Positions 52,277-61,053 of a DNA stretch of 64,000 nucleotides are shown here, piece by piece (position 1 is the first letter of the stretch; each line of letters begins with the position of its first letter). Source of the stretch: Gammaproteobacteria bacterium (lineage in GTDB: Bacteria; Pseudomonadota; Gammaproteobacteria; SZUA-229); NCBI GenBank assembly GCA_029882355.1, contig JAOUKV010000009.1, positions 14,807 to 78,806 of the forward strand, written 5' to 3'. The position numbers were made by a program, and so were the translations under genes. The notes under the pieces are model-generated. The model worked only from the letters and a program-made list of their open reading frames with translations, made no database searches and had not been told where the DNA came from.

Positions 52277-52723
52277 ATGGATCAAAATCTTCTTGCAGTT
52301 GGCTGGCGAGAATGGGTTTCACTACCTGAACTTGGACTTCCTTTGATCAAAGCTAAAATTGACACGGGTGCCAGAACTTCCTGCCTGCACGCTTTTACTG
52401 TAGAAGAATTTACAGTAGATAATAAAAAATGGGTGCGTTTTGGCATTCACCCCCATCAGGATGACACTGAAACAGAAGTTTTTTGTGAAGCACAAGTAGT
52501 CGACGAACGCGTCGTATCAGATTCAGGCGGACATAAAGAAAACCGTTACGTTATTACAATAGGGGTTGTAATGGCAAATAAATGCTGGCCTATAGAAATC
52601 ACACTCACAAACCGAGACAATATGCGTTTCCGCATGCTACTTGGCCGAACCGCCATGGAGCAAAAAATAATAGTTAACCCAGGCGAATCATTTTTGCTTG
52701 GCAAACCCACATCTAATAGCTAA
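52277..52723 (+). CDS. RimB-like retropepsin-fold protease ('ATP-dependent Zn protease' family)
   Basis: [34 protein letters not shown]. Confidence 0.9.
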   Translation: MDQNLLAVGWREWVSLPELGLPLIKAKIDTGARTSCLHAFTVEEFTVDNKKWVRFGIHPHQDDTETEVFCEAQVVDERVVSDSGGHKENRYVITIGVVMANKCWPIEITLTNRDNMRFRMLLGRTAMEQKIIVNPGESFLLGKPTSNS

Positions 52724-52740
52724 GGATAAACGAAAATAAA

Positions 52741-53646
52741 ATGAAAATTGCCATACTATCTCGAAATAAGAAGCTCTACTCCACTCGCCGCCTTATTGAA
52801 GCCTGTGAACAACGAGGCCATGAACCCATGGTGCTTGATATCCTACGCTCTTATATGGAAGTTGTGCCAAGCAAACCCGAAGTCCATTTAAAAGGTAAAA
52901 CGCTAGATGCATTTGATGCGGTCATACCAAGAATTGGTGCATCTGTGACCTTTTATGGCACAGCCGTGCTTAGGCAGTTTGAAATGATGGGTGCCTTTCC
53001 CTTAAATGAATCTGTTGCTATATCTCGTTCACGAGACAAACTTCGTTCTTTACAGCTGCTATCGCGCAAAGGTGTTGGCTTACCCAGTACCGGCTTTGCT
53101 CATCACCCCGATGATATTCAGGACCTGATTAAAATGGTTGGTGGTGCACCACTGGTGATTAAATTACTGGAAGGCACACAGGGAATTGGTGTTGTTCTGG
53201 CAGAAACAAAAAAAGCAGCTGAAAGTGTTATTGAAGCTTTTATGGGTTTGAAAGCAAACATCATGGTGCAAGAATACATAAAAGAGGCAGGTGGAGCAGA
53301 CATACGTTGTTTGGTGGTGGGCGACAAAGTTGTTGCTGCAATGAAACGCCAGGCTCTGCCCGGCGAGTTTCGATCAAACTTGCATCGAGGCGGCAGCGCT
53401 TCATTAATTAAGATTACACCAGCTGAACGTGCGACTGCAGTTAAAGCAGCAAAAATCATGGGGCTCAATGTAGCTGGCGTAGATATTCTTCGTTCAGAAC
53501 GAGGTCCCCTGGTAATGGAAGTAAACTCTTCACCTGGTCTTGAAGGTATTGAAAGTGCCTCGGGTAAAGATGTTGCCGGCATGATCATTGAATTTATCGA
53601 GAAAACAGCCAAGCCCAACAAAACGAAGACAAGAGGCAAAGGTTAA
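52741..53646 (+). CDS. rimK: Ribosomal protein S6--L-glutamate ligase RimK
   Basis: [59 protein letters not shown]. Confidence 0.97.
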   Translation: MKIAILSRNKKLYSTRRLIEACEQRGHEPMVLDILRSYMEVVPSKPEVHLKGKTLDAFDAVIPRIGASVTFYGTAVLRQFEMMGAFPLNESVAISRSRDKLRSLQLLSRKGVGLPSTGFAHHPDDIQDLIKMVGGAPLVIKLLEGTQGIGVVLAETKKAAESVIEAFMGLKANIMVQEYIKEAGGADIRCLVVGDKVVAAMKRQALPGEFRSNLHRGGSASLIKITPAERATAVKAAKIMGLNVAGVDILRSERGPLVMEVNSSPGLEGIESASGKDVAGMIIEFIEKTAKPNKTKTRGKG

Positions 53647-53651
53647 CCTTC

Positions 53652-54704
53652 ATGAACCATGTCCCCCTTTCAATAAATGGGATCAAATTTAAGCCAGGCA
53701 CAAGAACCACCATCGATTTGCCTGTCGGCCGTTTATACACACATACACCAATGACAATGCCAGTACATGTTGTCAAAGGAAAAAAAACTGGCCCACGTCT
53801 ATTTATCAGCGCAGCTATTCATGGCGATGAAATTAATGGTGTTGAGATTATTCGTCGTTTACTGAAGCTACCGGCATTAAAACGACTGAAGGGAACCATT
53901 ATTGCCGTCCCTATTGTCAATATTCATGGCCTGATTAATCATTCACGTTACCTGCCTGACAGACGTGATTTAAATCGATCTTTTCCAGGTACTGAAAAAG
54001 GTTCTCTGGCAGCACGACTGGCAAATCTTCTTATGAATGAAATTGTCAGTCAAAGCACGCACGGTATTGATCTGCACACTGGTGCAATTCACCGAGAAAA
54101 CCTGCCTCAAATACGTGCCAACTTAGATGATGAAGAAACTAATGCACTGGCTAGAGCATTTAATGTCCCTGTCATTATTTCATCAGATTTACGTGATGGC
54201 TCATTGAGAGAAGCCGCTGCAGAATACGGTATTCCAATGCTGCTATATGAAGCGGGGGAAGCGCTACGCTTTGATGAAGTATCCATCCGAGCTGGCGTTA
54301 AGGGCATTATTAATGTTATGCGCAAGCTGGAAATGTTGCCTGCTTCACGCAGTAAATCAAAAAAACGTATAGAACCTGTTGTCGCACGATCTAGTTCCTG
54401 GATTCGCACTCCGGAGAGTGGTATTTTACGAGCAATGGTTCCACTTGGCAGTAGAGTAAAAAAGAATACATTATTAGGCGTAGTGGGAGACCCTTTTGGT
54501 GAAACAGAATGTAACGTGTTTTCTTCATTCAATGGCATAGTAATTGGCAGAACCAATCTACCCTTAGTCAATGAAGGAGATGCCCTGTATCACATAGCTC
54601 GATTTGAAGACATTCATGAAATTGAAGCCAAAGTAGATGAATTTAAAGAAGAGCATTTACCTGAACCAATGAAATCACCAAATTCGGAAAGCCCAATTAT
54701 TTAG
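53652..54704 (+). CDS. Succinylglutamate desuccinylase/aspartoacylase (M14) family protein
   Basis: AAIHGDEING, DLNRSFPG, IDLHTG, YEAGE. Confidence 0.93.
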   Translation: MNHVPLSINGIKFKPGTRTTIDLPVGRLYTHTPMTMPVHVVKGKKTGPRLFISAAIHGDEINGVEIIRRLLKLPALKRLKGTIIAVPIVNIHGLINHSRYLPDRRDLNRSFPGTEKGSLAARLANLLMNEIVSQSTHGIDLHTGAIHRENLPQIRANLDDEETNALARAFNVPVIISSDLRDGSLREAAAEYGIPMLLYEAGEALRFDEVSIRAGVKGIINVMRKLEMLPASRSKSKKRIEPVVARSSSWIRTPESGILRAMVPLGSRVKKNTLLGVVGDPFGETECNVFSSFNGIVIGRTNLPLVNEGDALYHIARFEDIHEIEAKVDEFKEEHLPEPMKSPNSESPII

Positions 54705-54708
54705 CACG

Positions 54709-54740
54709 GTAGGATGCGGTTCGCAAACTCACCACATCCT
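54709..54740 (+). repeat. GTAG-type REP-like hairpin
   Basis: GTAGGATGCGGT-TCGCAAACTC-ACCACATCCT; related to GTAGGAATGCGGT on the minus strand at 22003-21991. Confidence 0.6.
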
Positions 54741-54921
54741 TTTATCTACAAATATGTACGAGATTGATTTTTGAGCTCGATATTTAATCCACAGTTTATT
54801 TAGGCGTATTCTTAGTATGAATATATAACTGCTAATTGATAATAGAATGTAGCGATAGTGGGCTTTACTTGTATATTGTCCAGGCTCAATTATTGTTTAT
54901 TTACAATGACAGAGGTGCGCT

Positions 54922-55122
54922 ATGCCTTACTCAACAGATGACAAAAATGGTGATATATCTGAACAAAGCACTGACAGACCTGATCGCAGAGTAAATAGAG
55001 AGCGGCGTGGTGTAATTCGAAAGAGTTATATAAATGGAGAACACCGCGACTTTATCCCACGTAGAATGTCAGATTTTTCCGAAATTATGCTTGACGATAA
55101 CCATCGCGGTAAAGTGCAATAA
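54922..55122 (+). CDS. Small arginine-rich hypothetical protein
   Basis: Good SD (AGAGGTG) before the ATG; DRR...ERR...RRMSD motifs. Confidence 0.6.
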   Translation: MPYSTDDKNGDISEQSTDRPDRRVNRERRGVIRKSYINGEHRDFIPRRMSDFSEIMLDDNHRGKVQ

Positions 55123-55128
55123 AAATAC

Positions 55129-55202
55129 CACTCCCGTAGAGTGATGTATGGAGCCCCCAACCTACTCTCATCATTCCCGCTAGAAGCATACGGGAGTGAC
55201 GA
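55129..55202. repeat. Degenerate nested palindromic miniature element downstream of lysS
   Basis: CACTCCCGTA (55129-55138) is the reverse complement of TACGGGAGTG (55189-55198); internal TCATTCCCG can pair alternatively with CGGGAGTGA. Confidence 0.5.
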
Positions 55203-55230
55203 GACATAAGATGCGCACGGCGCGGCCGTG

Positions 55231-56763
55231 TTACTCTCCCCTCATATGCGGAAACAAAATAACATCCCGTATCGATTGTGCATCCGTCAACAACATTACC
55301 AGGCGATCAATACCAATGCCCTCACCCGCTGTTGGTGGCATACCATATTCCAAAGCTCGAACGTAATCAGCATCAAAGTGCATAGCTTCTTCATCACCGG
55401 CATCTTTTTCTGCTACCTGTTTATGGAAACGTTCAGCCTGATCTTCTGAATCATTCAACTCGGAAAAACCATTAGCAATTTCACGACCACCAACGAAGAA
55501 CTCAAAACGGTCGGTGACAAATTGATTGTCATCGTTACGTCGTGCTAACGGTGAAACTTCGGTTGGATATTCGGTGATGAAAGTTGGATCCATCAAACGA
55601 TGCTCAACTGTTTTCTCAAAAATCTCGATCTGAATTTTGCCCAGGCCATAGCTGTCTTTTACATGTACATCTAAAGCCTCACAGACTTTTTTGGCGTTTT
55701 CTATATCTGAGATGTCTTCTGCTTTGAGGTCTGGATTGAAATGTAGAATCGAATCAAACACTGACATACGCGCGAACGGTTTACCGAAGTGATATTCCTC
55801 GTCCTGATAAGTAACCGTGCTTGTACCTAGCACCTGTTCTGTCAGTTTTCTTAACAGGTCTTCGGTTAAGTCCATCAGGTCTTTGTAATCAGCATAAGCC
55901 TGATAAAACTCGATCATGGTGAATTCAGGATTGTGACGGGTTGAAACACCTTCGTTTCTGAAGTTACGATTAATTTCGTAAACACGCTCAAAACCACCGA
56001 CCACTAAACGTTTCAAATACAATTCAGGCGCGATACGCATGAACATAGGCAGGCCCAGTGCATTATGAAAAGTTTCAAACGGTTTTGCGGTTGCGCCACC
56101 AGGAATGATTTGCATCATTGGGGTTTCTACTTCCATGAAATCGTGACCATCAAAATAATTACGGATAAAGGCAATTATTTTGGTACGCATTTTAAACGTT
56201 TCTTTGACTTCCTGATTCATAATTAAATCAAGGTAACGTTGACGATAGCGTGTTTCGGTATCGGTTAAACCGTGGAACTTACCGGGTAGTGGACGCAGTG
56301 ATTTGGTTAATAATTTAACTTCATCGACCTTGATTGAAAGCTCACCGGTCTGGGTTTTGAATATGACACCTTCAGCACCGATGACATCACCAACATCCCA
56401 CTTTTTGAAACTGTCGTTATAAACACCTTCTGGCAGACTGTCGCGTTGTAGAAACAACTGGATTTGACCAGACATGTCCTGCAACTTGGTAAAGCTGGCT
56501 TTACCCATAACTCTCTTTGCCATCATACGACCGGCAATCGATACACGTTGGCCCAGTTCTTCCAGTTCTTCTTTTGTTTTTTCACTGTAATGCGCATGCA
56601 GGTCAGCAGCCATTGAATCACGTCTAAAGTCATTCGGAAAAGCATTGCCATTTTCACGTAGCACGTCGAGCTTTTCACGACGCTGCGCGATCAGTTTATT
56701 CTCTTCTTCCGGCGAAAGTTCTTCTATCTGGTCTTCTGCCTGGTCTTTTGTTTTTTCATTCAT
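55231..56763 (-). CDS. lysS: Lysine--tRNA ligase (class II)
   Basis: [42 protein letters not shown]. Confidence 0.99.
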   Translation of the reverse strand: MNEKTKDQAEDQIEELSPEEENKLIAQRREKLDVLRENGNAFPNDFRRDSMAADLHAHYSEKTKEELEELGQRVSIAGRMMAKRVMGKASFTKLQDMSGQIQLFLQRDSLPEGVYNDSFKKWDVGDVIGAEGVIFKTQTGELSIKVDEVKLLTKSLRPLPGKFHGLTDTETRYRQRYLDLIMNQEVKETFKMRTKIIAFIRNYFDGHDFMEVETPMMQIIPGGATAKPFETFHNALGLPMFMRIAPELYLKRLVVGGFERVYEINRNFRNEGVSTRHNPEFTMIEFYQAYADYKDLMDLTEDLLRKLTEQVLGTSTVTYQDEEYHFGKPFARMSVFDSILHFNPDLKAEDISDIENAKKVCEALDVHVKDSYGLGKIQIEIFEKTVEHRLMDPTFITEYPTEVSPLARRNDDNQFVTDRFEFFVGGREIANGFSELNDSEDQAERFHKQVAEKDAGDEEAMHFDADYVRALEYGMPPTAGEGIGIDRLVMLLTDAQSIRDVILFPHMRGE

Positions 56764-56767
56764 AATA

Positions 56768-57862
56768 TTACAAACCGCTCTTTAAGCTAGCTTCGATAAA
56801 TTGGTCTATGGCACCGTCGAGTACTGCCTGGGTATTACCCGTCTCAACATTGGTGCGAAGGTCTTTGATTCTTGATTGATCCAGTACGTAGGAACGAATT
56901 TGGCTGCCCCAGCCGATATCCGATTTTGTTTCTTCCACGGCCTGAGACTCGGCATTACGTTTCTGAATTTCCAGTTCGTACAACTTGGCTTTCAGCTGTT
57001 TCATGGCTGCCGCCTTGTTCTTGTGTTGTGAGCGATCATTCTGACATTGCACCACAACATTGGTCGGCATATGGGTGATACGTACCGCCGACTCAGTTTT
57101 ATTAACGTGCTGTCCACCAGCGCCACTGGCGCGATAAACATCGATGCGCAAATCAGCCGGATTGATATCAATTTCGATATCATCATCAATTTCGGGTGAG
57201 ACAAACACCGAGGCAAAAGAGGTATGGCGACGGCTACCCGAATCAAGGGTGATTTTCTCACTAAACGATGCACGCCGGTTTCGGTGCGCAATCGACCAAA
57301 AACATAATCGCCTTCAAAACGAATGGTAGCACTTTTGATACCAGCAACATCACCGGCTGAGGCTTCCATCAATTCTGTTTTGAAACCGTGCGATTCACCC
57401 CAGCGTAAATACATGCGCAATAACATCTCGGCCCAGTCCTGTGCTTCGGTGCCACCGGAACCGGATTGAATATCGAGGAAGGCATTACAGGCATCCATTT
57501 CACCCGAGAACATGCGACGAAATTCTAGTTCCTCGACCTGTTTTACATACTGCTGAAGATCGTCATTGACAACCTCAGCACTATCTTCATCATTTTCCTC
57601 AACCGCCATTTCTAACAAATCATTGGCATCATTGAGGCCGGTTTCCAGCTCATTAAGCGTCAGTACAATTTTTTCCAGACGAGCTCGTTCCTGACCTAGT
57701 TTTTGTGCACGCTCGGCATCATCCCAGACATTGGGCTGTTCCAGCTCACGCACGACTTCGTCCAGCTCTTCTTTGCGATTATCGAAGTCAAAGATACCCC
57801 CTAAGCGACAAAGAGCGTTGCTTGAGGTCATTGATTAGATTGGATATATGATTGACTTCCAT
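56768..57862 (-). CDS. prfB: Peptide chain release factor 2 (programmed +1 frameshift, plus an extra 1-nt deletion at the SPF motif)
   Basis: [24 protein letters not shown] then [15 protein letters not shown] and [12 protein letters not shown] in the next frame; RHTSFASV and [10 protein letters not shown] in a third frame; upstream of lysS. Confidence 0.96.
57787..57802 (-). promoter_or_regulatory. prfB programmed +1 ribosomal frameshift site
   Basis: AGGGGG-TAT-CTT-TGA-C after codon 24: canonical internal SD plus slippery CUU-UGA. Confidence 0.96.
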
Positions 57863-57949
57863 GGTGTTTTTTTGCAGCTTAAACCAGTATAAATTGAAGC
57901 CGCAAATCTTACCCTATGAGCGCCCTGATTGCAGCCCTGATAGGGGCTA

Positions 57950-58648
57950 TTAGCGCATCTGTTTGGGCTTACTGGCTACATTATCGCGTAAATAGACGGG
58001 AACTGCCCCGGCGGCGGAAACAGCACCACCATTTTTGTATGATTCTATCGCCAGTGCAGCGATGGCTTTTGCTGAGGGGAAACATTCATCCAGTGAGGCG
58101 GTACAACGATCACCCAGTGCGGGTTTCATGATCTCGCCATAACTGGCCCAGCCGGTTCCAGCCGTGACCCACTGTCCCTGTTCAGGAATAGGTGCTTTTT
58201 CAGGCGCGACCACGCATTCTTCATCTAGCAGAATCATATTGCCTGCTTCGTCCTTTTGATACGCGCCCCAATAAACCTCTTTCATGCGCGCATCAATCGC
58301 AGCTAGTATCTGAGCCTCACCGGTTTCTTCCATAGCGACCCAGGCCATCGCGGCTAAAGTAGATACCGGCACCACAGGAATTGAATGCGCAAAGGCGATC
58401 CCCTGAACCACGCCCGCCGCGACCCGCACACCCATGAATGAACCGGGGCCACGACCAAAAGCTAAAATATCAATATCTTTCGACTTTAGGCCTGCATCCT
58501 GCAATAGACTCTCGATCATGCCGAGAATTAAATGGGTGTGTTCACGCGGCGCTACCTGATAGTGCTGCGTTATCTCACCATCAAGATATAAAGCCGCCGA
58601 GCAGGCTTCGGTTGAAGTATCAAGCGCTAGCAGTTTCATGTTCTTCAT
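57950..58648 (-). CDS. tsaB: tRNA threonylcarbamoyladenosine biosynthesis protein TsaB
   Basis: LALDTSTEACSAAL, GRGPGSF.G.R, IDARMKEVYW, P.YLR. Confidence 0.96.
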   Translation of the reverse strand: MKNMKLLALDTSTEACSAALYLDGEITQHYQVAPREHTHLILGMIESLLQDAGLKSKDIDILAFGRGPGSFMGVRVAAGVVQGIAFAHSIPVVPVSTLAAMAWVAMEETGEAQILAAIDARMKEVYWGAYQKDEAGNMILLDEECVVAPEKAPIPEQGQWVTAGTGWASYGEIMKPALGDRCTASLDECFPSAKAIAALAIESYKNGGAVSAAGAVPVYLRDNVASKPKQMR

Positions 58649-60572
58649 GCTCCCGCTTCTTTCTTTCAAAGAAACTTTCTATATCGTCTTGCTGCGTGGT
58701 TATCGGCATCGGTGGCAAGCTACTCTTAAAAACACGACCATAAGGTTTGCTGCTTAATCGTGGATCACCAATCACGACCACGCCATAATCATCAACATCA
58801 CGAATTAAACGGCCGACGCCCTGATTCAATGCAATCACCGCACGCGGAACCTGATATTCCATAAAAGGCTGTCCTCCATTTTTACTGATCACATCGATAC
58901 GCGCCTGCATCACCGGATCACCGGGTGACGCAAACGGCAGTTTATCAATCACCACACAGGACAGTGCGCTGCCACGGACATCAACGCCTTCCCAGAAACT
59001 CGACGTGCCTAACAGGATGGCATCACCGGCTTTGCGAAACTTGGCCAGTAGCAGATGCTTGGGTAGATCACCCTGTATAAAAATTGGGAACTCGGTTTTA
59101 TCCTGTAAAAAATCTTTGGCTTCGTTCATCGCACGATAACTGGTGAACAATAAAAACGCACCACCGTGACTGGCGTTGACTACCGGCAGAACTTTTTCAA
59201 GCAAGGCGTAGGTATAATTACGATCGGAAGGTTCGGGCAAATCTTCTGGTAAATAAAGCAGACTTTGTTGTTCATAATCAAAAGGACTCAGCCAGCTTCC
59301 ACTTTCAAATTCATCCAGCCCAAGCGCATCAGAAAAGTGATTAAATTTTTTATTTACCTGCAAGGTTGCCGAGGTAAAAATCCACGCCGCCGAAAAATTA
59401 TTGGTGTATTTTTGAAACAAACTGGAAACTTCAATCGGCGTTGAATGCAACATAAAACTTCGGCTGAAAGTTTCATACCAGAGAATGGCGTTAGCTGATT
59501 CTGCCAGCTCGTTATCATTCTTGAACAACTCGGCTCGTTCGCATAACAATAAACAACGCTGATAACATTGATCCAGACCCCGGCTACGTTCAGATGCAGT
59601 TTCTAAATGTTCAGCTAAATCAGAAAGCACGGCTATCAGTTCCGACAAACAATTTGCCAAAGAAGGTTTATATTTGATCGCAGCCCAGGACTGCCTGGCG
59701 CCGGAATCACCCAGTGCTAAACGAAAATCTTGCGTGACTTTCTCCAGCTCATCAGCGCAGTCTCTTATTTCTGTCATGTCCGGTGCATCGTTAACCTGTT
59801 CGGCAATTGCGTCTCTGGCCAACAGGGTTATCTGACGACTTGATAAGGTATCACCAAAATAACGTGAAGCCACTTCATGCAACTGATGCGCTTCATCGAT
59901 GATAAAAGCATCCGCACCCGGCAGTAGTTCAGCAAAACCTTCTTCTTTTAGCGTCATATCCGCCAATAGAAGGTGATGATTAATCACCAGCAATTCGGCT
60001 TCCATGGCTTTTTTACGCGCCTTGACAATGAAGCAGTCATTCCATGAATCACATTCGCTGCCCAGACAGTTATCCGCTGTCGAGGTCACCATCGGCCAGA
60101 CATAGGCATCTTCCTGGATTGAACTTAATTCAGAAATATCACCGACTTCACTTTTGCCCGACCACTGACCGATCTCAGTCAATTGCGTCTGTGTAACTTT
60201 ATTCATGAAACCGAGATGCGGCGCAATTTGTAATCGATGTAGGCAAAGATAGTTTGCACGGCCTTTTAGCAAAGCGACCTTGATTGGCATATCCAGCGCC
60301 TTTAGTACACGTGGTATATCGGTACGGAAAAGCTGATCTTGCAGATGTTTGGTGCCGGTAGAAATAATGACTTTTTTACCCGATGTAATCGCGGGTACAA
60401 GATAGGCAAAGGTTTTGCCAATACCGGTACCCGCTTCGGCCACCAGTACTTTTTTGTTTTTTATGGCATTTTCAATACTATCGCTCAGGGCAAGCTGATT
60501 ATGCCTAACTTTATAATCTTCAACATACTCACTGAAAACACCATCTTCGCCTAGATACTCAGAGGCTTTCAT
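58620..60572 (-). CDS. yoaA: DinG/YoaA family Fe-S DNA helicase
   Basis: EAGTGIGKT, KGRANYLC, Fe-S cysteines, DEAH, SFWEGVDV, QGVGRLIR; overlaps tsaB as in yoaA-tsaB loci. Confidence 0.93.
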   Translation of the reverse strand: MKASEYLGEDGVFSEYVEDYKVRHNQLALSDSIENAIKNKKVLVAEAGTGIGKTFAYLVPAITSGKKVIISTGTKHLQDQLFRTDIPRVLKALDMPIKVALLKGRANYLCLHRLQIAPHLGFMNKVTQTQLTEIGQWSGKSEVGDISELSSIQEDAYVWPMVTSTADNCLGSECDSWNDCFIVKARKKAMEAELLVINHHLLLADMTLKEEGFAELLPGADAFIIDEAHQLHEVASRYFGDTLSSRQITLLARDAIAEQVNDAPDMTEIRDCADELEKVTQDFRLALGDSGARQSWAAIKYKPSLANCLSELIAVLSDLAEHLETASERSRGLDQCYQRCLLLCERAELFKNDNELAESANAILWYETFSRSFMLHSTPIEVSSLFQKYTNNFSAAWIFTSATLQVNKKFNHFSDALGLDEFESGSWLSPFDYEQQSLLYLPEDLPEPSDRNYTYALLEKVLPVVNASHGGAFLLFTSYRAMNEAKDFLQDKTEFPIFIQGDLPKHLLLAKFRKAGDAILLGTSSFWEGVDVRGSALSCVVIDKLPFASPGDPVMQARIDVISKNGGQPFMEYQVPRAVIALNQGVGRLIRDVDDYGVVVIGDPRLSSKPYGRVFKSSLPPMPITTQQDDIESFFERKKREHEEHETASA

Positions 60573-61051
60573 TACTCATCACCCAGCGTCTTAATCATCT
60601 GCTTTGCCTGCTGAATAATATCACTATTGTTCAGCAACTCGCCTGCCTTTAGAATGAACTGCCAATTCAATAATTTCAGATTATCATTGTCACGAGAGTA
60701 GCTATTGCTTCGCTGAGCCAGTTGCTGTGATCTTTTGGCATCACCGGCTTTAAGTGCCATCCAGGCCAGACGACTCCAGGCTTGCGCAAACTTGGGTTCG
60801 ATGCGTACCAGACGCTCGAGCTTATCCGATGACTTGTCGAATTTAGACTCAGCCATGAGATCATCCGCCTGTTGCAAAAGCTGGGCCACAGCACGGTTTG
60901 AATAAGCGATACGCTGCTCACTACTCGATAAGCGCCACGCGGCTAATTCGTTTGACTCGAGGATTGACCCGGGGTCAGCCTGCTTCTCCTCAATCACCGT
61001 ACATGAGGCAATCAGCAGAATAACGGGAAAAAGAAAATAATATCTAGACAA
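60572..61051 (-). CDS. lpoP: TPR lipoprotein, LpoP-like PBP1B activator
   Basis: Lipobox LIASC; TPR LERL.RIEP..A..W..LA; located immediately downstream of mrcB, like Pseudomonas lpoP. Confidence 0.7.
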   Translation of the reverse strand: MSRYYFLFPVILLIASCTVIEEKQADPGSILESNELAAWRLSSSEQRIAYSNRAVAQLLQQADDLMAESKFDKSSDKLERLVRIEPKFAQAWSRLAWMALKAGDAKRSQQLAQRSNSYSRDNDNLKLLNWQFILKAGELLNNSDIIQQAKQMIKTLGDE

Positions 61052-61053
61052 AC

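Noticed and set aside
53118..54571. Long antisense ORFs (173 and 154 aa) in rimK and the M14 gene
   Set aside because: Shadow ORFs opposite well-conserved genes; the same applies to 2518-2889, 13892-14248, 30481-30897 and 63479-63943
57001..57246. C-terminal [11 protein letters not shown]... extension of the 276-aa ORF, and a separate 146-aa ORF at 56768-57208
   Set aside because: Both are artefacts of the prfB frameshifts; they are fragments of one RF2 gene
56768..57862. RF2 loss signalling a UGA-reassigned genetic code
   Set aside because: Many core genes here end in TGA at expected positions (several as ATGA overlaps), and I saw no in-frame TGA at conserved Trp/Gly sites
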